A stretch of DNA of 63,762 nt, filler included. It is 13 parts of 13 records of this genome, joined end to end, with 100 filler letters (N's around TTAATTAATTAA, not from the genome) between each part and the next. Parts side by side here need not be neighbours in the genome. Positions count along the whole stretch, not along the records: positions 35,508 to 46,982 come from SRR9670534_1192; positions 47,083 to 51,875 come from SRR9670534_1193; 11 more parts are not named here. The stretch is one strand, 5' to 3'. Numbering within the stretch: the first letter of the stretch is position 1; every line of letters starts with the position of its first letter. Positions 38,766-51,414 of the stretch are shown here, in pieces. Position numbers and translations under genes: made by a program. A model generated the notes under the pieces. That model worked only from the letters and a program-made list of their open reading frames with translations, was not told the origin of the DNA and searched no databases.

Positions 38766-40224
38766 ATGCCAGGTACTCCAAACATTTACGTTGAAGTTTT
38801 GGACGAATTAAAAGACAGTATTAAAGATCGAATTGCTCTTGAACCTATCAGCTATCTTGTGAAATTACAAGAGCATATAAAAGAAATCTCACCACAGACT
38901 GTAGACCAGCTCTGCCAGAAAGGTCATCGAGAAATGGCAGCAGAAATTTTTGATATCGTTAGAGGTGGCTTCCATGAATTTGCTGAAAAATTTATCAAGA
39001 ACATTTTACTAGTGAAGTTAAAAGAAACTGATGAACTTCGAGTACAAATCCAAAATATTTTTGACATGCCTCTTCGACAAGACGATGATTGGAGACTACC
39101 TTTGATTTCCATAAAAAGTGAAGTTGTATCTAAATATCCACACTTTTTTTTCGATATTAAGGGAGCTGTTTTGGCCGTTGGCATTTTAGATCAAATAGAT
39201 GTTGGAAAAATTGATTCTTTAAACAACGAGCAACAACAAAACGAGGCCTTCTTTAATGAGCTTAGTCGAAGTAGAAATAATGAAAAAATTAGAAAATTTT
39301 TGAGGGTGTTACATGAAAGTGGAACATATGCTTATCTTGCAAAAGAAGATTTTTTGATGAAAACTCAAGGTGGTCATATCAGTTACTTCGTGAAGAAGGA
39401 TTTAAAATTTTTAGACACTCCAATTGCAGAAACTCCAAGGTCTGTTATTCATAAAGTAATGGTGGAGAGTTTGGGTTATTGTGTTTTCAAAGAGTTCAAG
39501 GAACAGGCAAAATACCAAACAGATCCCCTTGATCCAACTACGGGAAGTGTTGAACTAAAAACACACGTGGAAAGGGTTCGTGTCTTGGCAAGCAAATTAT
39601 GTCTGAACCGCTATTGTGTTTCTGTATGGGGGATTGTTTCTGGTAGTGGTTGTTTTGGGTTTTTGGAAGAATACTGTGAGCATGGTGACATCATGAAATA
39701 TCTGCATTCAAATGAAGTGTTATTGCATTTCAAAGTGAAATGGACTAGACAGATATTTAATGGCGTTTCATTTCTGCATTCTTTTATTCCGCCGATAATC
39801 CATAATGATATTAAAGGGTCGAATTGTTTCCTTTTTCAGGCAGGGGATACTATTGTGGCAAAGTTGGGGGATTACGGATCTGTTCGAATAGACTTCTTTA
39901 CCAATGAAACTCAAAAAATATATGCCACCACTTCACATGCTGCTCCAGAAATTCGAGCACAAGGCGCAGGAAAAATTGAATCAGACATTTATGCATTTGG
40001 AGTGACTTTCATGGAAGTTATTAACAATGACGTAATTTTGGAATTGGGGGAAGTACAAAGAAAAACACTCGAAGCATTGGATACACTAGATTGTTATGTT
40101 GGAAAATATAACAGGAAAACCTTGAATAACATGTTAGATGATGATCCAAGTAACAGACCTAAAGGCGGAGCTATTCAAACTGCACTTGAAGATTTGGAAG
40201 AAAAGCTTCTGCCAAAGGAACAGG
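38766..40224 (+). CDS. Non-RD TKL/RIPK-like kinase with two N-terminal death-fold-like domains (exon 1 of a kinase-MATH gene)
   Basis: CVFKEF, EYCEHG, PPIIHNDIKGSNCFL, LGDYGS, HAAPE, SDIYAFG, RP. Phase-1 donor CAGG|gtatgc at 40225. Confidence 0.85.
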
Positions 40225-40414
40225 GTATGCACTGAATCACTGTTAATAATTATACTTAATAAGTTAGTCTGTCTGAGTGTCTCAATAGACGTCACGTTTC
40301 TTTTTGAAATTTTACGAGTAGTTTCATAACTTTTTTACGTACAACATATATACAATAAGAGTTTTATCACTGATAAATTATCAGATGATTACTTGGTATA
40401 GTTTCGCATTTTAG

Positions 40415-41301
40415 CTGACACTTTTGATCTCTTTTTGACTGAACACGCATCTACAAATTTATGTCCACACTTCATTTTTGGCCCATGCTTAGCAATTGAT
40501 GAAGTGAAAGTGTTACTGAAAGCATTTTATTCAATAAATGAACGCAAACAATGTGTCAAATTTGGATTATGGCCAGTTTATGCACCTAAAGAGGCATTTC
40601 CTATGAGGATTTCTTGGTCATGGAAATCTAGCAAATCTTCTGAACCTGAAAATTCTAAAGAACATATCTTCGAAAAGCCATGGCCAAAGGGGTTCGATTT
40701 GTGTCCACGGGTAGACTTTAGATCTTCTTTTGGATTCAGAAATAATGATGTTGATCTCTTCTGCTTTGACATGAAAGTTACAAACATAAATGATACCGAT
40801 ATCACTTCTGCTCCTAGCAGGATGAACTTGCATAAAAGCAGAATTTGGCAAATGAGATTGACCGCAGAATCTAGCAGACCTTGTTGTAGCAATGATGCAG
40901 GATTATCAATTAAACTTGGTGAACATCAAGGGGAGTGGTTACTTGAAGTGCATCCGGATGGCTATAAAAGTACTGAAGGAACCAAAGGCAACTATGTCTC
41001 AGCCTTCATCAAATCAAATCCTGGTACGCTAAGAGAAAAGGCCAGCATAGCGTATTCTATTAGAATTATCAATAAAGATAATGTTACTTGTGCTCAAAGT
41101 ACATTCCGAGATGAAATTAATCCATCACCTATGCCATTTTTAAAAGGTGATATTTTGTTTGAGGAGACATGTCTTTTTCAGCCTGACAGAGGATTGTCTG
41201 GCAGTAGTAATTTAGTTTCACTAAAAGATATAACATCCTTTCTTCATCGTAATTGCCTATATATACAGTATGGAGTTCGTCCTTTGTCCAAAATTATTTA
41301 A
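40415..41301 (+). CDS. Tandem MATH/TRAF-like domains (probable exon 2 of the kinase gene)
   Basis: GEWLLEVHPDG...YVSAFIK...YSIRII...FLHRNCLYIQYGV is MATH-like, with a more divergent first copy (EHIF...GF...FRNNDV..FCFDMKV). Acceptor ttttag|CT at 40414 keeps frame. Confidence 0.7.
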
Positions 41302-41377
41302 CTTTTAAGTATACCTATGTTCGAGATATATATCGAAATATATATTTTACAAAATATTATTTGGTTATTCTTACTAC

Positions 41378-41403
41378 AAGTTTGACCTTATAAGGTCAAA
41401 CTT
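41378..41403. repeat. Perfect 26-bp palindrome
   Basis: AAGTTTGACCTTA|TAAGGTCAAACTT. Confidence 0.85.
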
Positions 41404-41734
41404 ACTGTAATACATGTCTCAACTTTTTTTTATGTTTTCAAATAATGTATTCGGAATAATTCTTTTGTTTATTTTACACTCTTGAGATTGTTAAAATGAC
41501 ACTGCTTATCTTTCATATTTGATGAAAATATGATTTCCCACTGTTTTTAGGATAGATTTTTTTACTAATATGGATAATTCCTAATTTTTTAGGTTAGATT
41601 TTTAGAATTGTTAGTACTACTTTGTCGTGGATATCGAATACAATAATAAATAGGAGTTAGATTTATTGGCTGTCTTTTCAAGCTTTATAAATTATAAATT
41701 ACAAATTGTAATTTACAATAACCATCTAAATAAT

Positions 41735-43565
41735 CTAACACCATCCAGGCTGCCAAGTACCATTCCAGTTTACAGGATTAGCTTCTTGAACTTCTTCATA
41801 AAATTCAGGAACATAGACAGAATTCTCCACTGCTTCGACATAGAAAACAAGTAATAGATTGTACACAATTTGAACATGTTCGTTATCTGCAATATTCATC
41901 ACTTCATATGGATCATTCTCAAGATTGAATAAATAAATATCTTCAGGCACTGTGGATGCTGCAGATGCTGAGGATGCGCCAGCTGCACCCGAACAATCGC
42001 AATTTGAAACAGCGTTTGCGTCGTCTGCCATATCCAAAGGTGTCATCCAATTTGCTGAATCATAATGATAAATCAATTTAAATGAATCTACGATGACAGA
42101 CCCTTGGTCCGAACTTGAAGAAATCATTAGAGCAAAGTTATTTCTTAAAGTTTTGGTGTTGTGTATAAGGGTATCTGAATTATCAATCCCATCTAAATTT
42201 GTTGGCAAGTCAGAAGCATCACCAAAAGTTAATTTGGCTATTGATGGAAAGAGGTCTTCAAGTATGAAAAATTCTTGACTAATGTAATTAGTTTTTGACA
42301 AGTTTGGAGCATAAAAAATAGCTGGAACACGAGTACCACTCTCAAATGGAAGAGATTTGCCTCCTCTGAATGGGTAAGCTATTCCACCTGTTGCAGGACC
42401 ATTGTCTGAAGACCACCATATGATTGTATTATCCCATAAATTGTTTAATTTTAGTGTTTTGATGATGTTACCAATTGCACGATCCATTGCATATACCATG
42501 GCCATATGGCGTTTTCTGCAGTCATTTTCAATGTACAAGAATGGATTTATGTCAGATTTTTTAACCTGCAGTGGGACATGTGGTGTTGGGAAAGCCACCA
42601 TTAGTAAAAATGGATCACCAATTGTTGCCTTTTGTTTGATGTAATCCTGAGCCACCTTTCCAAAAAGATCAGGTGCTATAATTTAATAATTAAATTTGAC
42701 ATATACAAAGCGTAGAGGTACGCTTTGGACATATACGAAGTCATTAAAAATTAATAGCTATTATAATTATTTAGATATTTCAAATTAGTTATAATTATGT
42801 AATCAAATTAAATTATTAATATTTATTTAAAATTACTAATACAATATTGGTTTTCAAATCCGTAAACTGGTAACGTATCATTCCAAAAATCATATCCCTC
42901 ATATTTATCCTCATTACATCGTTGACATGACATGTGATCCATATAATCTTCAAACCCATTGAAATATCCGAAATGGTGTTTAAATCCTTTGTAGGTCGGG
43001 GTATATTCCCATTTACAAAAGCCGAGATGCCATTTACCTATGAAAATATTGTAATTACCGATATTTTTGTAAATTAATTAATGATGTTGAATCACCGATT
43101 AGGAAGGTATCATATCCCTTATTCGAATAATATTCAGCCATGGTAGGGTATTCTGCTAGCAACCCATATCGTTGACAGGCGGAATATTCGGCCTCATTTA
43201 AACCAAGTTTATGTGGATAAATTCCCGTTAGGAGTGCTGCCCTTGATGGGATACATGTGGTGTGAGTGTGCAGGTTATCAATAATCACGCCTTCCTGAGC
43301 CAAGGATACCAAATTTGGTGCTAAGGGATGATCGAGTCGTGCATTCCAGGGAACATCGCCATATCCTACACAACATATCAAATATATTAGTATTATTCAT
43401 AATTAATAATAATAATGACTTTATTTTGAAATGTATGTTTTAACATATACCCAGATCATCTGCAAACAAAATGACTACATTTGGAGTTTTGGTAGATAGT
43501 ACTATCGCTATCATATGGCATAGAAGAGTTAGAATAACGTAGTGGTTGTAGTAATAACAGCTCAT
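41735..43565 (-). CDS. Arylsulfatase (ARSB/ARSI/ARSJ-like), multi-exon
   Basis: Signal peptide; PNVVILFADDL|GYGDV, CIPSRAALLTG (formylglycine motif), GKWHLGF, PHVPLQ, SDNG, RGGK, LFNLENDPYE. Confidence 0.92.
42698..42735. mobile_element. 22-bp CA...TG palindromic insertion with perfect 8-bp TSD, intronic
   Basis: GACATATA [CAAAGCGTA-GAGG-TACGCTTTG] GACATATA. Confidence 0.7.
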
Positions 43566-44444
43566 TCTGATATGTACTTGGTATTGTAAAACCATGGACC
43601 ACTTTATACCACCTTATGTCATTAGTAGAATAATATAGGAAGAAATGAATGATAAAATTTCTATTGTTTGCATGTTGTTTTCTATATACATTTGTTACAG
43701 CAACAAAAGACCAAAAGACAAGTTTGCATTATTAGTAGTAACAAAAGAGGATTACGCCTGTGGAATTGAATGGCCCAGTGGGGTGAGTCTTAGCAAGCAA
43801 AAAGATGTCGGTAGCGATAGTTGCATGGACATCTTAGTTGTTACTATTGTTACTAATCATTAGTAACATTATGATAATTCATTGAGCTTCACATTCTTAG
43901 CTTTGAATATTTAATAATATGTATTATAAGTTATAATATTTGATATTTATAATGTTTAATTATTATGATTATTATACATTTTTATAAATCTGGCATTAGT
44001 AATAAGAAACTCTGCCTTTCATTGTCACGTTTATCGTGACACCCCCGACTAGTGTAGTACCTATGTATGTATGTAGTACCTATGTATGTATGTACGTACC
44101 TATGTGTCGAATATCTGAACAGTCTCCTACATAATATTCTTCGTGTTATTTTGTGTTTATGCAACAAACTTGATCAAATTATTCTACTTCAATCACTGAA
44201 GTACATTATCTAGGTACCACATTGATTACTAATCAGTGGCAGTGCTAGTAATCCTTGACTACTGATTCTGCAAGATACCACAGCACTACAGCAGTGCCTA
44301 CTTCTCATATTCATAATAATTAACATTCAATAATTGATTAATTAAAAATAATCAGTTTGGGTATGCGTATCCATTGTATTAATACATATATAGTCGCTTT
44401 GCAACGTAACTTTAGTAGCATAGCTATTACCTAAAGATTTTTAT

Positions 44445-45680
44445 ATGATGGAGGAAGAACCGCTAAATTTTATTAATAATGCCGGTTCTTCTCTAGCTCA
44501 ACTAATGTACACCAATCTCTCTGTTGGCCAATTAGACAACTTAACAAAGATGGTTTTAGAAAATATTACTTACTCTTTGCTGAAAGAAACTTCACTGCAA
44601 AACTATGTTTTGTATGCCACAACTATTGGAAAGATTTTCCATCCACTCTTTTTGGTACTGGCTATAGTATTCAATACACTAATAACTGTAACTATACTGA
44701 AAGGGAGTCTCTACAAAAATTCGCTTTTTGCCTCCCAGATAGCTTTATCTATATTTGACACGAGTGTTATGCTGTTCACGTGCGTCCCCAATTGGACAAT
44801 GTACATGTGGCCAGAAAAGTATGGAAACTTTACCAAAGAATATTCATCAGTTTATGGAAGTGTCATTGCAAGTGGTACCTATGCATCAAATTTTGGTGCT
44901 GCACACATGATATTGTTGACTTCTGCAGAAAGATGGGTTGCTGTTTGGTTTCCAAAGAAATTGAAGGCTTTATTTTCTAGCAAAAAAATGGTGGTCATAA
45001 TATTACTCATATCCCTCTTTGACATAGGAGTTGGTACACTTTTTGGATCTGTTTACAATGCTGGAGAAGAAACTGGGGTGTGTTTCAAAAGTGGCCCATA
45101 CCCTTTCATTTCAACAGTATTCTTTGCTTATAGAAGTTGGATACCAGTGACTGGCATTTTGGTTTTTTCATCTTTAACGAGCTTAAGAATATTTAGACAT
45201 ACGGAGGTTTTTAGACAAAATGGAATTGGAGGTAGAAGAAGAGCCAGATTACTTAGAGCCACGAAGACGATTCTTATGGTTGCTTTTGTCTATGTAATAT
45301 TACTAACCCCTCATGATATGATAACATATTTTTGGTATTGTCAAGTCACAACAATTGATGGGCTTATCAAAGCAAATTTCGCTTTATCAATTTCAATACT
45401 GTTTTTGTTTACAAATCACACGGTAAATTTTGCCATTTACTTCAACACTGATACAAATTTTAAAAAGGCTTTTGGTCTCGTTCTAAGGTCTGTGGGATGC
45501 AACATCTTTCCATTAAGTCACCTCAGTGCTATAAGCAGGACAGTGGCTAGCCCATATCTTCATAGTGAAGATAGAAATGGTTTAACTACTATAAATGTTA
45601 CAGAAAAAAATTGTTTATTAATAAGTACATTAAATGTTGCTGGTAATAATAGCACCATGGAAACTAAGGAAAATAGTTGA
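44445..45680 (+). CDS. Intronless class A GPCR, peptide-receptor-like (FMRFamide/MIP-receptor grade)
   Basis: Seven hydrophobic segments; N in TM1, LSIFD, SAERWVAVWFP, IP in TM5, NHTVNFAIY, FKKAF. Confidence 0.85.
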   Translation: MMEEEPLNFINNAGSSLAQLMYTNLSVGQLDNLTKMVLENITYSLLKETSLQNYVLYATTIGKIFHPLFLVLAIVFNTLITVTILKGSLYKNSLFASQIALSIFDTSVMLFTCVPNWTMYMWPEKYGNFTKEYSSVYGSVIASGTYASNFGAAHMILLTSAERWVAVWFPKKLKALFSSKKMVVIILLISLFDIGVGTLFGSVYNAGEETGVCFKSGPYPFISTVFFAYRSWIPVTGILVFSSLTSLRIFRHTEVFRQNGIGGRRRARLLRATKTILMVAFVYVILLTPHDMITYFWYCQVTTIDGLIKANFALSISILFLFTNHTVNFAIYFNTDTNFKKAFGLVLRSVGCNIFPLSHLSAISRTVASPYLHSEDRNGLTTINVTEKNCLLISTLNVAGNNSTMETKENS

Positions 45681-46739
45681 AAGATTGCACAATAAATTAT
45701 TTTTTTATAATCATATTTGTCACAGGTTATGATACAAAACAGATACCATAATGTCACCCGTTTTTGTATTGGCCTACAAAAATATATTTACATTATAGGC
45801 CTAGTATATTTGTTGGCCTAATGGTTGTTACAGCTAAATTTAAACTTTTTCTGATCCATAAAAATTGTACGAATTAGCTGTTATCATTTATTTGAAGGCA
45901 CTGCCATTTTGCTTTATTAACCTATAAAATAAAAAATGCAATTATATTATTTGGTGTGGGCCAATAGTAGCATTATTTTATGGGGGACATTGTGCATTGT
46001 TGTTCAATTTATTTTCTATTGTTTAGTTTACTTTTGTTCCTTATTTATTTTAGATTTTTTTTCATTCTAATACTTCATTTTTGCTATAGTCATGTATTTT
46101 ACATTTTTGACTAATTAGCTACGAAAATGATAGCCTAGCATCTAGATGATGCCACCCTCTACTTGACACTTTATTATTGTATTTGACATTGCTAATTAAT
46201 AATAATAAGATTTTAACCTTGCTAGCGTTTACAAAATACATTATCTCTATAATTAATAATAATAATAAGTCTATAATTATTAGAAATGCATAAATATGGC
46301 AATAGTTGCTTATTAATTCATAATCACTCTAGATTGTTATTATTAATAGTGATAATAAAATTTAATATACATTGTGTTTGTCATAATTCTTAGCTAGAAG
46401 CAGTATATTTGTGTATTTTGCAAATGGCGGGAAAATAGCGACATCTAATTCCTGATTGTAAAACTACTGCATGCCCTCTTATAGCATATCAAAGAGTAGT
46501 GACTGTAGTCCTTTATAGCCTATAGTCCTACTCACTGTCAATTATGTTTGAAACCTGTTTGTGCATGTGGACTATTGTTTGCGTTCACACAAGTCACTGT
46601 GTATTTGAAGGAACAGGTATATTGTTATTAACAATATAGGGCGATACCTTTTTACCTTTATTTGATTATTATAGAGCGATTACCTGTGTGCGATTTGCAG
46701 TTTTGAGGGCATTTCTGCCTATTTCACAATTCTGATAAC

Positions 46740-46982
46740 ATGTACGATTTGGTTAAGAATTTGTGTTGTGATCCTCGAATTTACCTGGCTCTGGTTGGTT
46801 TATACCTTGGTAGAAATATTCCCCGAGGCCTGTTCAACATTTTTCGTTTATTTGTTTGGAGAAGAATTTTTCCGGTGGACTTGAAGAAATATGGTGAATG
46901 GGCAGGTAAGAAACACGATTAATTGGGATTATTGTTATTAGTTACTATTCTAATAATTAGCTATTTTTTAGTAATTACTGGA
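46740..46982 (+). CDS. HSD17B12/KAR-like short-chain dehydrogenase, 5' end only
   Basis: N-terminal membrane segment, then DLKKYGEWA|VITG across a GT-AG intron; cut by the spacer. Confidence 0.78.
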
Positions 46983-47082
46983 NNNNNNNNNNNNNNNNNN
47001 NNNNNNNNNNNNNNNNNNNNNNNNNNTTAATTAATTAANNNNNNNNNNNNNNNNNNNNNNNNNNNNNNNNNNNNNNNNNNNN

Positions 47083-50069
47083 CATACTATTGTATTGCTT
47101 AAAGATGACAACATCATGTGCTCTTGTTCCAGTTTCGTCAAATTCAATATGTCCCTAAAAGAAACAACTTAGTTTTTTTATTGAACAACAAAATAATACA
47201 ATTTATATTGGGCCTAGTAGGTACATGCTTATTGAACATGTTCTTGTAGTTCTACTATGTGTCACACATGACGTGTTACACAGAGTATTCCTAGAATACT
47301 ATTCTACTATATGTCATAATATGACATTGTCATATAGTGTATTATTAATAATAAAGTATTGTCATACGGAAATTCCTTCAAAGCCTAGAGAGTGTAATTT
47401 GTCTTCAAGCATTAGGGCTAAAGGGTGATACCGAGTGTAATTAAAACTTTCAAAAAATCCTTTTTGGTAACCATTCGATTTAAAAACATGGTCATAACTC
47501 AAGCCAACAGCAAAAATGGCATCTGCCGCTAATCTTACACGTTCTTGAGAAAAGCTATTATATTGCGTAGCAGAGTAATTTTGTGCTAAAGCAAATTCTT
47601 TAAAATTTTCAAACCAAGATGACGTGGTCTCGTTGATGGTAGCAGTGGGGTGCACATTAGGATTATTTTCGTATTTTGCTGCTAACAGAAATCCACCATG
47701 AATGGTCTTCAAGAGTTCTTCTTTAGAACAGTCATGCATCCAATTAAAATGTTCAAGTTCATAAAAAAGCTCTGCTAGATCAGACAGGATAATCCATTGA
47801 TATATCAAACCAAACATTTGTTGTTTGTAAATCTAAAAACAGTAGCTATTATTAATAATAATAATAACACTAGTTGTAGTATTACAATAATAACAAAAAA
47901 CATACCTCACAAGTCATGATTAAGCCAAAACGTGGATTAGCAAATACCAGGACGAAAACTGCATATGGCATGCTCTACAAAAGCTACTATGGTAATACCA
48001 ATATATAGTACTTAGTAATACAATATAGTGAGCATACTTACATTTTAGAATTATTAATAAATACCATTATTAATAATAATAACAATATTATAGACTATAG
48101 TATTCATTATTATGATTTTATAATATTATAATTCATAGTGTTCATTATGTATACTATAGTAGCCTATATACCTATATAGTAGTGTCATACAGCTTGAGCC
48201 TCAAGTTGAGGCATTATACCTCAAGAGTATTATTAGTATTAGACATATTAGTATTAGAGTATTATGTCTAATACGTGTGTTATGAATAATGAATATTATA
48301 ACATGCTATAATATAATATAATAATATACTATAATATTGTAATATTATAGTATATTATGATATTATATTATAGTATAATACAATATCATAATATTATAAT
48401 ATACTAAAATACTATAGTAAAGTTAGTAATGGCAGCTTAATTAATGTGGTACGCAATTATTCGTAACTATATTATTAGCAGCTTAGTATTAGCATTATAT
48501 TATAGTATTTTATGGAATATATTTGTAATACATGATTTTGAATACATGCGGCATAACATAGTACGTTAAACATACCTAGCTGAAATAAAAAAGTAAGCCT
48601 AGCTAAAATAAAAAGACTATTTATTATTAATAAATAATAATAAGTTTTTATTATTGTTATTATTATGAGTATAGAGTATATAGGTATATAGATATCTATA
48701 TCTATATAGAAAGCATAAAACGCAAGACATGGTATTATAATAACCTATAGAATTATAATTCTGTTATTATAATAACCTATAGGTAAATAGTACATTATAC
48801 TAAACTCATTAACCTTTAGCTCTTTCAATGTTTCCTTGATGTAATCGGGTTCGGTATACGATAGCTTATAATATTCAACTATAGATATATTTGCGTTTAT
48901 CGCACTTTCTTCAATTAAACGAACAAACTAAATCACACAGGTTTAAGCATAGTATAAATGTTATAAATAATGCAAAAAGTATCCCATTAATATTGTCAAT
49001 GTAATAAGTAGTAGGCAATGCCTACTAGGGCCTGGTAACTAGGCATATCAAATTAGTATTGTATACTATAGTATTCAATAGCAAGTTACAACATTAGTAC
49101 CTAGGCATAGCTATAGCTATAAGCTTTACAGTACATCATGTACTGTACATGACTTACAAGCTTTTCAGAACATAAGATAGAAGTTGCAAGTTAAAATTTA
49201 TCTTACGTCATCGCTATAATACTCTGATATCAAAATTATATCTGTCCACTGGAACTCTTTCAGCAACTTTTTAAGTGGCGGGAAAAAGCTTTGATATGAA
49301 AAGCACGTTCGGAAAAACAATGGGTAATGTTCTTTAATGGATAATCCAGGCTCTGTAACGGTGTATGCTACCTAAATATTCGCAAATCATTTTATGCTTA
49401 CATTACTACTGTAATTATACACTCACCTATAAGTTGTAGGCTATAATGAAAATAATTATATATCAAAAAAATATAATATAGTAACATAAAATAATATAAC
49501 AATATTAGAATAATAAAGTACATAGTTAGATTATATTACTAACCATAGTTATTTTATATTAACTATGTACTAGTTAGAATTAATAATATTGATAATCACT
49601 AATAATTATTAATAATAATCATATGGATTATTAATAATAAATATATCAGTACCTATAGTATAGTAATTAATTCAATAAGTTTTACCTGCGGAATACCATA
49701 ATATGAAGCAATCACAGATACTATTTCTGCACAACCACCCGTGTGTGGGCCTACCAAAGCATGTGCAACTTCCAGGCTTGACATAGCGTTTACGAACGTA
49801 GCTGCACATGCAGGTACCATTTCAAGAGCATAGTAGGTATTGGCAAAAGGATGAAGTCTGAGAAAATGATCAGGCAAAACATTGGGGTTTGTATTTATGT
49901 TTTGCGTAGCAAACTTTACTGCGGCAAGTTCACCATAATTGTCATAAGGTGTATCACTTGAATACATAACTATGACATTTATTTCTGTTTTATTGCACCA
50001 AAAGCATGGGATATTTATGCTACTAAAGAAAAAGAATAGTAGTAGTTGTTTAATCTGCTTAATCTCCAT
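47083..50069 (-). CDS. Venus-flytrap (ANF-receptor domain) receptor, GABA-B-like, 3'-truncated
   Basis: Signal peptide; AAVKFA...IN.NP.VLP, LVGP, PQ|VAY..T.P.LS....YPLFFRT, YQWII, DAIFAV.L, FEGIS|GHIEFD..G.R. Confidence 0.8.
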
Positions 50070-50157
50070 GATGGCAACCACGTATAGAAAATTTAAATGA
50101 TTAGTAATTAGGCCTACGTGCTAGATATAAGCTAAATGAAAAACGGCAGTAGGCCTA

Positions 50158-50235
50158 TAATAATTATCTTATTTAGTTTACTATTATTATTAATAATTAT
50201 CTTATTTAGTTTACTATTATGATTAATAATTATCT
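50158..50235. repeat. AT-rich tandem repeat, ~33-bp unit x2+
   Basis: TAATAATTATCTTATTTAGTTTACTATTAT repeated. Confidence 0.75.
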
Positions 50236-50904
50236 TAATTATCTTATTTAAAGTTGATTTGCTGATATTATTATAAATTAATAACATGGTTCGCCCGAAT
50301 AGCTGAAGTATTTATTATATAGGCTACCTACAAACATGATAAAACTAATAAAAACTTTAATTATGAGTCATAATTTATGACAACCTTAATTATTACCAAT
50401 ACATTTGGTATGGTAACCCCACCTCTAGATTTGAGACTACCTTTCGGCGCGAGCGACATCTCTTTGATGGCAATATTGTAATTTATCTCTGTGTTATTTG
50501 TAATAGACGTTACTAAAGTTCAAAGTTATGATGATTATTAATTGTACTAATTACAGCATGTTTACTGTTTTTAGGATTTCAAAAAAATACTACTATTCCC
50601 CGAACAAATATCAAAATGAACGCTTTTTAAATAGCGACATCTTTAGAGCGGATTTAATATAGGCATCTTTTTTTTGTCAATAATGATTATATTACATAAT
50701 TTATATAGTGTAAATAATTTACTGTCTAATTATAACTGCACTAATTATTATTAATACAAGCATGTTTGCTATATTTGATATTTTGCTGCTAAAATATTTT
50801 CAATCAAAAAACGCTGTTTTTTAATTAGCAATTAAAAAAGATAATTCTTATAAAAGCAAACTAAAATACAAAGTGTTTAATTTATCAATAACCTAGAATG
50901 GCTT

Positions 50905-51414
50905 ATGTATATACATGTCATTAACAAAAAGTTTATTATGATATTTTGTCTTGTTACTACAATTCAAGTTACTTTTGTACAAGTTTCTCCATCAAAAATA
51001 AAGCCAGCTTCATTATTAAAGCCAATAAAATTACCCGAAACTCTGCTTCGAAAACTAAAAGCACAAGAAAGTGACTCAGATTCAACAACTCAAGAATCTA
51101 GTAGTAGTGTCACCTCTTCTTCCACAACATCACCTGAAAATGAAGAAAGTACTACTATTATTATTAATAATATTAGTAAAAATAAAACAGCATCAACATC
51201 AATGACTAAGCCAACAGACGAAGATATTGTTACCAGAATTCCATGGCAATTATTTCGCGTAAATGGTTTGCAAAGAAAACAATGGGCTTTGATAGCTTTT
51301 GTAGTCATTTTTTGCTTCTTAATTATAACTGTTGCGATGGGAGTAACATTTTGCATTCTAAAGAAAAGGAAAGGGAAGCGAAGAAAACACAAAAAGAAGC
51401 ACGGAAGGAGATAG
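50905..51414 (+). CDS. Small type I membrane protein (signal, S/T-rich stalk, TM, basic tail)
   Basis: 169-aa ORF; WALIAFVVIFCFLIITVAMGVTFCIL followed by KKRKGKRRKHKKK. Confidence 0.65.
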   Translation: MYIHVINKKFIMIFCLVTTIQVTFVQVSPSKIKPASLLKPIKLPETLLRKLKAQESDSDSTTQESSSSVTSSSTTSPENEESTTIIINNISKNKTASTSMTKPTDEDIVTRIPWQLFRVNGLQRKQWALIAFVVIFCFLIITVAMGVTFCILKKRKGKRRKHKKKHGRR

